A DNA stretch of 31,270 bases, taken from assembly GCA_045046875.1 (NCBI GenBank), contig JASFYY010000144.1, positions 1-31,270 on the forward strand, given 5' to 3'. Made by a program: the position numbers and the translations under genes. The notes below the pieces were generated by a model. It was not told the origin of the DNA and searched no databases. It saw nothing but the letters and a program-made list of their open reading frames with translations. The first letter of the stretch is position 1. Each line of letters opens with the position of its first letter. Positions 1 through 7,396 of this stretch are shown here, one piece after another. This DNA is from Verrucomicrobiota bacterium (lineage in GTDB: Bacteria; Verrucomicrobiota; Verrucomicrobiia; Verrucomicrobiales; DEV007).

Positions 1-44
1 CACGGTGAAGGACACTCTTTCCCTACACGACGCTCTTCCGATCT
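1..44 (+). other. Illumina TruSeq-type adapter contamination (P5 tail CAC + 8-nt index GGTGAAGG + Read 1 primer site)
   Basis: 12-44 is exactly ACACTCTTTCCCTACACGACGCTCTTCCGATCT. It is preceded by an 8-mer (4-11) and by CAC (1-3), the last bases of P5 ...TCTACAC. Confidence 0.97.
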
Positions 45-45
45 A

Positions 46-234
46 GCAAAGGGCAATGTTCGTGACCACGCACCCATCGAGCAACTGGTTGTGCTCACCA
101 ATCTCGAAAGCCTGAACTCTGTATTCATTCGGCAAGGATTGGATCCAGCCGTCCGGCTGGCGAAGCTCAATCAAATCGCCATCAGCCAGATGCAAAGCCT
201 GCTCGCATCTGACGGCACCAAACGACTCACCTAG
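46..234 (+). CDS. Partial CDS (3' end), probable KilA-N domain DNA-binding protein
   Basis: Hand translation gives AKGNVRDHAPIEQLVVLTNLESLNSVFIRQGLDPAVRLAKLNQIAISQMQSLLASDGTKRLT*, resembling the GNxRDxAxxEQLxVLxNLES C-terminus of bacterial KilA-N proteins often found beside R-M genes. Absent from the ORF track because the 5' end is missing. Confidence 0.6.
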   Translation, partial: AKGNVRDHAPIEQLVVLTNLESLNSVFIRQGLDPAVRLAKLNQIAISQMQSLLASDGTKRLT

Positions 235-255
235 ACTGAAAACCAAACGAACTGA

Positions 256-336
256 ACATGGATGAACAGGATAAGAATTTAAAATCCATAAATCACTCCT
301 CCCTGAAAAAATTCTGTCCATCCCGTTCATCCATGT
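256..336. repeat. Inverted repeat pair (REP-like, ~9-nt periodic arms)
   Basis: ACATGGATGAACAGGAT (256-272) and ATCCCGTTCATCCATGT (320-336) are reverse complements at 16 of 17 positions. Confidence 0.85.
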
Positions 337-353
337 AAATATCTCTTCTCTCT

Positions 354-2837
354 ATGCTCGACACCGAAACCAAACGCCGCATCGACTCCGCCCGCGACAT
401 CCTCGTAGGCAAAGTGCCCGACCCGAAATCCCAGGTCGAACAAATCACCATCGCCTTGATCTACAAGTTCATGGACGACATGGACGCCGAGTCGGAGGAA
501 CTGGGCGGCAAACGCACTTTTTTCTCCGGTGACTTTGCTCGCTACGGCTGGCCCAAGCTGATGCGTTCTGGTCTTGGCGGGCATGAGGTACTCGCGCTTT
601 ATGGCGAAGCCATCGCCAAGATGCCCGAGAACCCGGGCATCCCGCTGCTTTTCCGCGACATTTTCAAAAACGCCTACCTGCCTTACCGCGATCCCGAGAC
701 TCTGAAAAGTTTCCTTAAGATCATCGACGAGTTTGAATACGATCACAGTGAACGACTCGGCGACGCCTTTGAATACCTGCTCTCGGTGCTCGGTTCCCAG
801 GGTGATGCAGGACAGTTCCGCACTCCGCGCCACATCATCGACTTCATGGTGGAAATCCTCGACCCGAAAAAAGATGAAACCGTGCTCGACCCCGCCTGCG
901 GCACCGCAGGTTTTTTGATTTCATCTTACAAGCATATCCAGCGCAGCAACGTGGACAAAGAAGGCACCACCACCCTTACACCTGACGAAAAGGGCAGCAT
1001 CGCCAAAAATTTCAGGGGTTACGACATCTCACCGGACATGGTGCGCTTGTCCTTGGTCAATCTCTACCTGCACGGGTTCAATGATCCCCACATTTACGAA
1101 TACGACACTCTGACCTCCGATGACAAATGGAATGAGTATGTTGATGTCATTCTTGCTAATCCGCCTTTCATGTCACCGAAGGGTGGCATCAAACCTCATA
1201 AGCGTTTCAGCATCCAGGCCAAGCGCAGCGAAGTGCTGTTTGTCGATTACATGGCAGAGCACCTGACACCTAACGGGCGTGCTGGCATTATTGTTCCTGA
1301 AGGCATTATTTTCCAGGCTCAGAATGCTTACAAGCAGCTGCGCAAGATGCTGGTGGACGACTATCTGGTTGCGGTGATTTCTCTGCCTGCCGGGGTTTTT
1401 CAGCCTTATTCAGGGGTGAAGACGAGTATTTTGATCCTTGATAAAACACTCGCCAAGCAGAGTGATACGATCGCTTTTTTAAAAGTGGAGAGTGATGGTT
1501 TTGGTCTGGGGGCGCAACGCAGGGAGATTGAGAAAAATGATCTGCCGCAGGTGAAAGCGGAGTTGGATGAGTATTTGAGGGCATTGCGAAGTCGCAGGGA
1601 TGTGGAGAGCTTGCAACCAAGTCTTGGACTGATTGTGGAGAAGGCGAAAATCGCGGAGAATGGGGAGTATAATTTGAGTGGAGAGAGGTATAGGGAGGTT
1701 GACGCTTCAATGACAGAGTGGCCACTGGTTGAAATAGGAGAAGTAGCACGGCTCATCAACGGTAGAGCATATAAACGAAAAGAGCTACTGGACGAAGGAC
1801 CTACGCCGGTTCTTCGCGTAGGGAATTTCTTTTCAAATCGAGGATGGTATTACTCCGACCTCGAATTACCTAACGACAAATACTGCGATGTTGGCGACCT
1901 ATTATTTGCGTGGTCAGCTTCCTTTGGACCTCGGATATGGGAAGGTCCCAGAGCGATTTATCACTACCATATTTGGAAAATCGAAACGACTGATGCCATC
2001 GATAAAATGTATCTGTTTCACATTCTCCAATCAGAATCCGAGAAAATCAAAGCAGAAGGCCACGGAATCGCAATGGTTCATGCGACGAAGGGAGGAATGG
2101 AGAAAAGAAAAATCCCCCTCCCACCACTTTCGGTGCAGAAAGAAATCGTGGCAGAGATCGAAGGCTATCAAAAAATCATCGACGGCTCCCGCGCCGTCCT
2201 CGACAACTACCGCCCCCACATCCCCATCCACCCAAATTGGCCGATAGTGGAGTTGGAATCGGTCTGCAAATCAGTTTCGGACGGCGATCATCAGGCACCT
2301 CCAAAGTCTAATGAAGGAATCCCTTTTGTCACAATTTCAAATATCACATCCCAAAGAAAACTTAATTTCGACAAAACCTTTTTCGTTCCACAAAAATATT
2401 TTGATTGCCTGAAAATAAATCGGAAGCCACAAAAAGGAGATATCCTCTATTCAGTGACAGGGTCATACGGAATTCCCGTTTTAATTAATTTTGATAAGAA
2501 ATTCTGTTTTCAACGACACATCGCGTTGATTCGACCTTCTACTGATATTGATAACAGTTATTTGCACTCATTTTTATGCTCGCCTGCAGCAAAGAACCAA
2601 GCTGATGACACAGCGACTGGAGTTGCACAAAAAACAATTTCTTTAAAAGCTCTCCGAAAATTTAAAATTCCCCTTCCACCCCTCGCCACCCAGCAATCCA
2701 TCGTCGCAGAGATCGAAGCTGAGCAAGCCCTCGTCGCGGCCAACCGCGAACTCATTGAACGCATGGAGAAGAAGATCCAAGTCGCCATCGCTCGGGTTTG
2801 GGGCGATGAACGAAAAGATAACTATCCAGACAAATGA
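354..2837 (+). CDS. hsdM-hsdS: Type I restriction-modification N6-adenine methyltransferase fused to a specificity subunit (HsdM-HsdS fusion)
   Basis: GQFRTPRHI, motif I DPACGTAGFL and motif IV NPPF. The C-terminal ~370 aa carry two TRDs, each followed by the conserved IPLPPLxxQxxIVAEIE segment. Confidence 0.93.
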   Translation: MLDTETKRRIDSARDILVGKVPDPKSQVEQITIALIYKFMDDMDAESEELGGKRTFFSGDFARYGWPKLMRSGLGGHEVLALYGEAIAKMPENPGIPLLFRDIFKNAYLPYRDPETLKSFLKIIDEFEYDHSERLGDAFEYLLSVLGSQGDAGQFRTPRHIIDFMVEILDPKKDETVLDPACGTAGFLISSYKHIQRSNVDKEGTTTLTPDEKGSIAKNFRGYDISPDMVRLSLVNLYLHGFNDPHIYEYDTLTSDDKWNEYVDVILANPPFMSPKGGIKPHKRFSIQAKRSEVLFVDYMAEHLTPNGRAGIIVPEGIIFQAQNAYKQLRKMLVDDYLVAVISLPAGVFQPYSGVKTSILILDKTLAKQSDTIAFLKVESDGFGLGAQRREIEKNDLPQVKAELDEYLRALRSRRDVESLQPSLGLIVEKAKIAENGEYNLSGERYREVDASMTEWPLVEIGEVARLINGRAYKRKELLDEGPTPVLRVGNFFSNRGWYYSDLELPNDKYCDVGDLLFAWSASFGPRIWEGPRAIYHYHIWKIETTDAIDKMYLFHILQSESEKIKAEGHGIAMVHATKGGMEKRKIPLPPLSVQKEIVAEIEGYQKIIDGSRAVLDNYRPHIPIHPNWPIVELESVCKSVSDGDHQAPPKSNEGIPFVTISNITSQRKLNFDKTFFVPQKYFDCLKINRKPQKGDILYSVTGSYGIPVLINFDKKFCFQRHIALIRPSTDIDNSYLHSFLCSPAAKNQADDTATGVAQKTISLKALRKFKIPLPPLATQQSIVAEIEAEQALVAANRELIERMEKKIQVAIARVWGDERKDNYPDK

Positions 2838-3391
2838 GCGAACCCAAAGACGATCTTACCATTTTTCGAGGCATGCTTGTTTTGGCAAGCATGTCTCCGG
2901 TATTTCTTGTCTGGGCGATAATTGGCATGGAGAAGATCCCCGATATCTATTTTATACCAGCTTGCCTCTTAGCCACGCTAATCCCACATCTATTCTTATT
3001 GCTCCGCATCAGAACTGCCAAAAAGAACAAGGCTTACAAGGAATTCACCGTCCAAAGTGCAAAGGACGAAAAAGAGCACCTCCTCACCTATTTTCTTCCT
3101 CTCGTATTACCGCTTATGGCTGTGTCTTTTGCTTCTTGGAGAGGTTTTTTCGCTACACTATTTCTCTTTTTTATAATGGCGTTCGCATCTTGGCATCTGA
3201 GGGTTTTTTATATTAATATCTTCTTCGCCATTTTTGGGTATAGGATTTTCAAAATCACACAACCGACATCTAATCCTGCAGAGAATAAAATCCTCATCTC
3301 CAAACGATCCCAAATTCCCAAAGAGACAAAAATATCTGCCGTGAAAATCGCAGGCAATGTATATTACGAATCTAATCGCCATATAAACTAA
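2834..3391 (+). CDS. kwaA: Kiwa anti-phage membrane protein KwaA-like
   Basis: 185 aa with about four hydrophobic segments and LLTYFLP / FYINIFFAIFGYRIF motifs. Directly upstream of a KwaB-like gene; ATGA overlap with hsdMS. Confidence 0.7.
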   Translation: MSEPKDDLTIFRGMLVLASMSPVFLVWAIIGMEKIPDIYFIPACLLATLIPHLFLLLRIRTAKKNKAYKEFTVQSAKDEKEHLLTYFLPLVLPLMAVSFASWRGFFATLFLFFIMAFASWHLRVFYINIFFAIFGYRIFKITQPTSNPAENKILISKRSQIPKETKISAVKIAGNVYYESNRHIN

Positions 3392-3402
3392 CCTTTAAAA
3401 TC

Positions 3403-4302
3403 ATGCCGTTTAATCTTTCATCAATAGACCGATCTGAGTTTTATGTTTGCCTTACCGAAGGGAATGAAGAAAAACATTATCAAATCCCCATCGATCTGGA
3501 AGTTCAAAATGCACTTGGAGAAATGTTTATTGAGACTCTGTTACGCATCCGCAAACTGCAAGAAGACGAAGGTATCGAAGATTTCTCTCCCTCCCAAAAG
3601 TATGGTGCAACAGATGCTGTATCTTGCCCCATGGACTCAGAATTTTGCGAAGCTCCTCGTCACCTCTTAGAAGAAAACAATATCCCAGAAACTAAGCATG
3701 CCCTTGATGACCTGATCAAAATTAGCTACTACTATGCAATTTTGTGGGATGACACTGGAGAAAAAGCCCTTGGTGTAAGACGAGCCAGCCAATTCAAAGG
3801 AATCCTAAAGTCAAAATTACTCACTATCGTTGACAACTCTCTCCATCTTTTGCAAGACAACGCGTTTAAACTGGACTCTAATTTCGATTATATTGTGTTT
3901 GACGATATACTTTGGGCTTTGCGACCCGCAGGCTTGGAATTTACAGCAAAACTGACTGATGCAGTCAAGGCAGCCGCCCCGCAAGCCGCCGCGGATGTAG
4001 CTACCCGGATGAGTTTTCTGAACCTGAATAAATTAGGGGAATATGCCGCCAAACATCCAAGGGCAGCACGGTATTTGGCGGCTGTGCGATCGCGAAACGA
4101 CCTTGAATTAATTTCACAAGACCTCCTAATCAAATATTGTGAAAATACAAATATTGAACTCCAAACAGAAGAAGGCAAGATCTCTCCATCAACTGGGCAT
4201 GAACTTCATTTCCTTGAGGTTCTAGATCGAAGAATATTCACTGCTGAATTGATAAAAGGAGAAAAAGAAAGATACGAAGCGCCAAACCGTCGCACTATCT
4301 AA
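3403..4302 (+). CDS. kwaB: Kiwa anti-phage protein KwaB-like (DUF4868-like)
   Basis: 299-aa soluble protein with FKLDSNFDY and C-terminal FLEVLDRRIFTAELIKGEKERYEA, typical of KwaB-like proteins; paired with a multi-TM gene. Confidence 0.72.
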   Translation: MPFNLSSIDRSEFYVCLTEGNEEKHYQIPIDLEVQNALGEMFIETLLRIRKLQEDEGIEDFSPSQKYGATDAVSCPMDSEFCEAPRHLLEENNIPETKHALDDLIKISYYYAILWDDTGEKALGVRRASQFKGILKSKLLTIVDNSLHLLQDNAFKLDSNFDYIVFDDILWALRPAGLEFTAKLTDAVKAAAPQAAADVATRMSFLNLNKLGEYAAKHPRAARYLAAVRSRNDLELISQDLLIKYCENTNIELQTEEGKISPSTGHELHFLEVLDRRIFTAELIKGEKERYEAPNRRTI

Positions 4303-4355
4303 TCCTCACAAACCAAGCACTCCATCAGCTCAGCTCGATAGCCACTCCTTTCCCC

Positions 4356-5258
4356 ATGAACCTCACCCAAGCCTACTACGAGCAAAAGTTTGAAATCGCT
4401 TTCCGCAGCGCAAACGGTGAACAATTCCAAACGCTCTTCGAGCGCCTCATGGGCACCGCCTACAAAGCAGACTTCATGGCTTGCCGTCCCTGGGGAAACC
4501 GAGGTGACCGCAAAAACGACGGCTTCTTAAAATCCGAACGTTGCCTGTTCCAAGTTTATGCACCCAACGAAATGACCGAAACCAGGGCCATTATCAAGAT
4601 CAACGAGGATTTTGAAGGCGCACTGGAACATTGGAGCAAACATTTTGACAAATGGGTTTTTGCCCACAATGCCGTGCACGGCTTACCTCCTCACGTTCTC
4701 AAAGTCCTGTTGGATTTCGAAAAAGCCCATACGGGAATCACACTCGAACCGTGGGGACTGGAAGAGTTTAGGGAAATATTCCGCAAAATCGATCTGGTGG
4801 ATTTGCAATCCTGGTTCGGCTCCGCTCCAACAGAAGAAACCAAAGCAGCTCTAGGATACCCAGACCTGAAAATTGTGCTCGAGTCCCTTTCTCAACAAAA
4901 CTCACCCTCTGCATCAGAGATACGGGATGTGCCAATGGGAAAAATCCAGGCGAATGCCCTTTCTGAAAGTGTGGCAACCCTGCTAAAAGCAGGCATGAGC
5001 AAGACCCCCTTGGTCGAAGGTTTTTTCGCTCAATGGCACGACGAAACCTTGGGTGAAAAAATGGCCGAAGCTTTCAAAAGTAAATACCTCAAACTACGGG
5101 AGAACTTTCTTCCCAATGACATCTTCGCAGAACTCCAGACATGGGCTGCGGGTGATACGCGCAAAAGCCCTGAGCATGAAGTCGCGGTATTAGCCGTGAT
5201 CGCCTATTTCTTTGAAAGTTGTGATATTTTTGAAGCACCCAAAGGGAGTGGCCTATGA
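4356..5258 (+). CDS. lmuA: Lamassu/ABC-three-component effector (LmuA-like): restriction-endonuclease-like N-terminal domain plus C-terminal domain
   Basis: FQTLFERLM...GDRKNDG...QVYAP nuclease-like N-terminus; C-terminal YFFESCDIFE motif characteristic of ABC-3C effectors; first gene of a coupled three-gene unit. Confidence 0.78.
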   Translation: MNLTQAYYEQKFEIAFRSANGEQFQTLFERLMGTAYKADFMACRPWGNRGDRKNDGFLKSERCLFQVYAPNEMTETRAIIKINEDFEGALEHWSKHFDKWVFAHNAVHGLPPHVLKVLLDFEKAHTGITLEPWGLEEFREIFRKIDLVDLQSWFGSAPTEETKAALGYPDLKIVLESLSQQNSPSASEIRDVPMGKIQANALSESVATLLKAGMSKTPLVEGFFAQWHDETLGEKMAEAFKSKYLKLRENFLPNDIFAELQTWAAGDTRKSPEHEVAVLAVIAYFFESCDIFEAPKGSGL

Positions 5259-5503
5259 TTCTACCTTCCAAACATTTACCTCAAGATCGGGCTTTGTTAA
5301 CTCTGGGCTCACGAATTCTCCCATGCCTGAGCGAAGCTAAAACGGTTTCTGCTCTATGGGAAGATCTGAGATCAAATAAGGGAAAAGAACAAAATGACTC
5401 ATCTCCTCTACATTACGACAGCTTTGTGCTAGCTCTCGATCTCCTATTCCTCATGGGCGCTATCGAGCTCCAGACAGGCTTACTCACCAAAACCGCGACA
5501 TGA
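5255..5503 (+). CDS. lmuC: Lamassu/ABC-3C middle component (LmuC-like)
   Basis: 82 aa, MILPSKHL...TVSALW...FVLALDLLFLMGAI; ATGA overlaps with both neighbours. Confidence 0.78.
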   Translation: MILPSKHLPQDRALLTLGSRILPCLSEAKTVSALWEDLRSNKGKEQNDSSPLHYDSFVLALDLLFLMGAIELQTGLLTKTAT

Positions 5504-7212
5504 TTCACCGTATCCACAGCACCCTCTCTTCGTTTAAAGAACTTGAGTTTCATCCAGGTCTCAACGTCCTGATTGCACAAAAAGAGACGGGGGCAAGTGA
5601 CAGGCAAACCCGCAACCGAGCCGGAAAGTCGAGCACGGTTGAGATTGTGCATTTCCTATTGGGAGCTAAAACCGACCCTAAATCACTGTTCAGAACAGAC
5701 ACACTTGTGAACGAAAGCTTCGGCATGGATTTCGATTTGCTCAGCGAGAAAACTATAGTTGAACGATCAGGAAAAAAACCATCAAGGATCCATTTTTCTA
5801 GCGAGGAAGCAAACAAGACCCTATCCAATACTGACTGGACCAAAGCTCTTGGCGAAAAGGTCTTCACATTACCCTCTCATTCGGAAAGCACAGGCCGCGT
5901 GCCTACCTTCCGATCGCTCATCGCTTATTTCATTCGCCGTCAGAATAGCGGAGCTTTTGTCACCCCTGAAAAACAGGCAACGATGCAACAAGTTGGTGAC
6001 CTTCAGGTTGCCTTGTTATTTCTCATGGGGCTTGACTGGAAAATCGCGAGCGATTGGCAGAAAGTTCGCGATCAGGAAAAAACCTTAAAAGAGCTGAAAA
6101 AGGCCGCCGGAGCTGGAGCCTTTGGACAAATAATCGGCAAGGCATCTGACTTACGAACCAAATTGACCGTGGAGGAAGATCGTTTGAAGGCTCTGATGGG
6201 TCAGATTGCATCCTTTCGGGTACTGCCTCAATATGAGGCACTGGAAAAAGAAGCGGATCAGATCACCAAACAACTCAATGTGATCTCTAATGAAAACACC
6301 ATTGACAAGGCTGCCATCCGCGATCTTGAAACTGCGATCAATACCGAAGCTCCACCCTCATTGAGCGCATTAAAAAGTATCTACGCCGAAGCTGGCATTG
6401 CCCTTCCAGAACTAACCATCAAACGCTACGATGAAGTTCAAAGTTTTCACGAATCGGTGATTCACAATCGTCGGCAATACCTGGAAGAAGAGTTGATCAC
6501 CGCCAAGCAACGTGTGCAATCACGGGAAAGCCAACGAACAGAGTTCGATAAACGCCGGGCAACGATCATGGAAACGCTGAACAGTCACGGCGCACTCGAT
6601 CAATTCGCCAAACTTCAGGCTGAAGCCGGACGACTGAAAGCTGAGGTGGAATCCTTACGCCAACGTTTCGAAGCTGCCGAGCAGCTTGAAGGAACAAAAA
6701 ATGAACTGGAAATCGAGCGAAACCGTCTAACGCTCAGATTGCGCCGCGACTTCTCGGAACAGCGAGGACAATTGGACGAGGCTATTCTGGCTTTCGAAAA
6801 AACTTCGAGTCAATTATATGAATCGGCTGGCAGCATGACCGTGGAAGCAACGTCAAATGGCCCCGATTTTCAGTTTCCGATGCAAGGTTCCCGCAGCAAA
6901 GGGATCAAGAATATGCAAATTTTCTGCTTTGACATGATGCTCATGCGGCTCTGCGCCCAACGTGGAATAGGCCCGGGTTTCTTGATTCATGACAGCCACC
7001 TTTTTGACGGAGTCGATGGTCGTCAGATTATCAGCGCCCTGAAAGTCGGTGCCGAGACTGCCGAGGAACTGGGATTCCAATACATCGTCACCATGAACGA
7101 AGACGATGCCTACAAAGAAAAAATCGACGGTTTCAATCTGGAAGACTATGTTCTTCCAGTAGTATTAACCGACGCCAAAGAAGACGGCGGCCTTTTCGGA
7201 ATCCGATTTTAG
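5500..7212 (+). CDS. lmuB: Lamassu SMC-like/ABC ATPase (short LmuB, DUF2326-like)
   Basis: FHPGLNVL, Walker A-like RNRAGKSS, long coiled-coil, signature-like SKG, Walker B-like FLIHDSHLFDGVD and terminal GGLFGIRF. Confidence 0.85.
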   Translation: MIHRIHSTLSSFKELEFHPGLNVLIAQKETGASDRQTRNRAGKSSTVEIVHFLLGAKTDPKSLFRTDTLVNESFGMDFDLLSEKTIVERSGKKPSRIHFSSEEANKTLSNTDWTKALGEKVFTLPSHSESTGRVPTFRSLIAYFIRRQNSGAFVTPEKQATMQQVGDLQVALLFLMGLDWKIASDWQKVRDQEKTLKELKKAAGAGAFGQIIGKASDLRTKLTVEEDRLKALMGQIASFRVLPQYEALEKEADQITKQLNVISNENTIDKAAIRDLETAINTEAPPSLSALKSIYAEAGIALPELTIKRYDEVQSFHESVIHNRRQYLEEELITAKQRVQSRESQRTEFDKRRATIMETLNSHGALDQFAKLQAEAGRLKAEVESLRQRFEAAEQLEGTKNELEIERNRLTLRLRRDFSEQRGQLDEAILAFEKTSSQLYESAGSMTVEATSNGPDFQFPMQGSRSKGIKNMQIFCFDMMLMRLCAQRGIGPGFLIHDSHLFDGVDGRQIISALKVGAETAEELGFQYIVTMNEDDAYKEKIDGFNLEDYVLPVVLTDAKEDGGLFGIRF

Positions 7213-7226
7213 ATTTCTCAATTGTA

Positions 7227-7270
7227 AAATCACCTCCCTCATAATCCTGTGCATCCCCTTTACCCATGTT
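7227..7270 (+). repeat. Degenerate direct-repeat copy of 290-336 (ATCC-family three-unit repeat)
   Basis: AAATCACCTCCCTCATAATCCTGTGCATCCCCTTTACCCATGT aligns to 290-336 at 36 of 43 positions with two 2-nt gaps (hand alignment). Confidence 0.7.
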
Positions 7271-7293
7271 AGCTCCTGCCAAGAGTTCCTCTA

Positions 7294-7322
7294 CTTCGTG
7301 TTTCTTCGTGAACTTCGTGGAT
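7294..7322 (+). repeat. Three-unit CTTCGTG repeat
   Basis: CTTCGTGTTT-CTTCGTGAA-CTTCGTGGAT. Confidence 0.85.
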
Positions 7323-7371
7323 CAATTCTCTTTCCTTTCGGTTGTGCTGTCCACCTTGACCACCGACATAT

Positions 7372-7396
7372 CCCGCCGAAGCCTCGGCGAAGGAGG
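7372..7396. repeat. GC-rich REP-like hairpin abutting the guaA stop codon
   Basis: CCCGCCGAAGCCTCGGCGAAGGAGG; related copy at 11680-11703. Confidence 0.7.

Noticed and set aside
43..330. 95-aa minus-strand ORF
   Set aside because: It is antisense to the KilA-N-like fragment, runs through the repeat region, and its stop codon overlaps adapter sequence.
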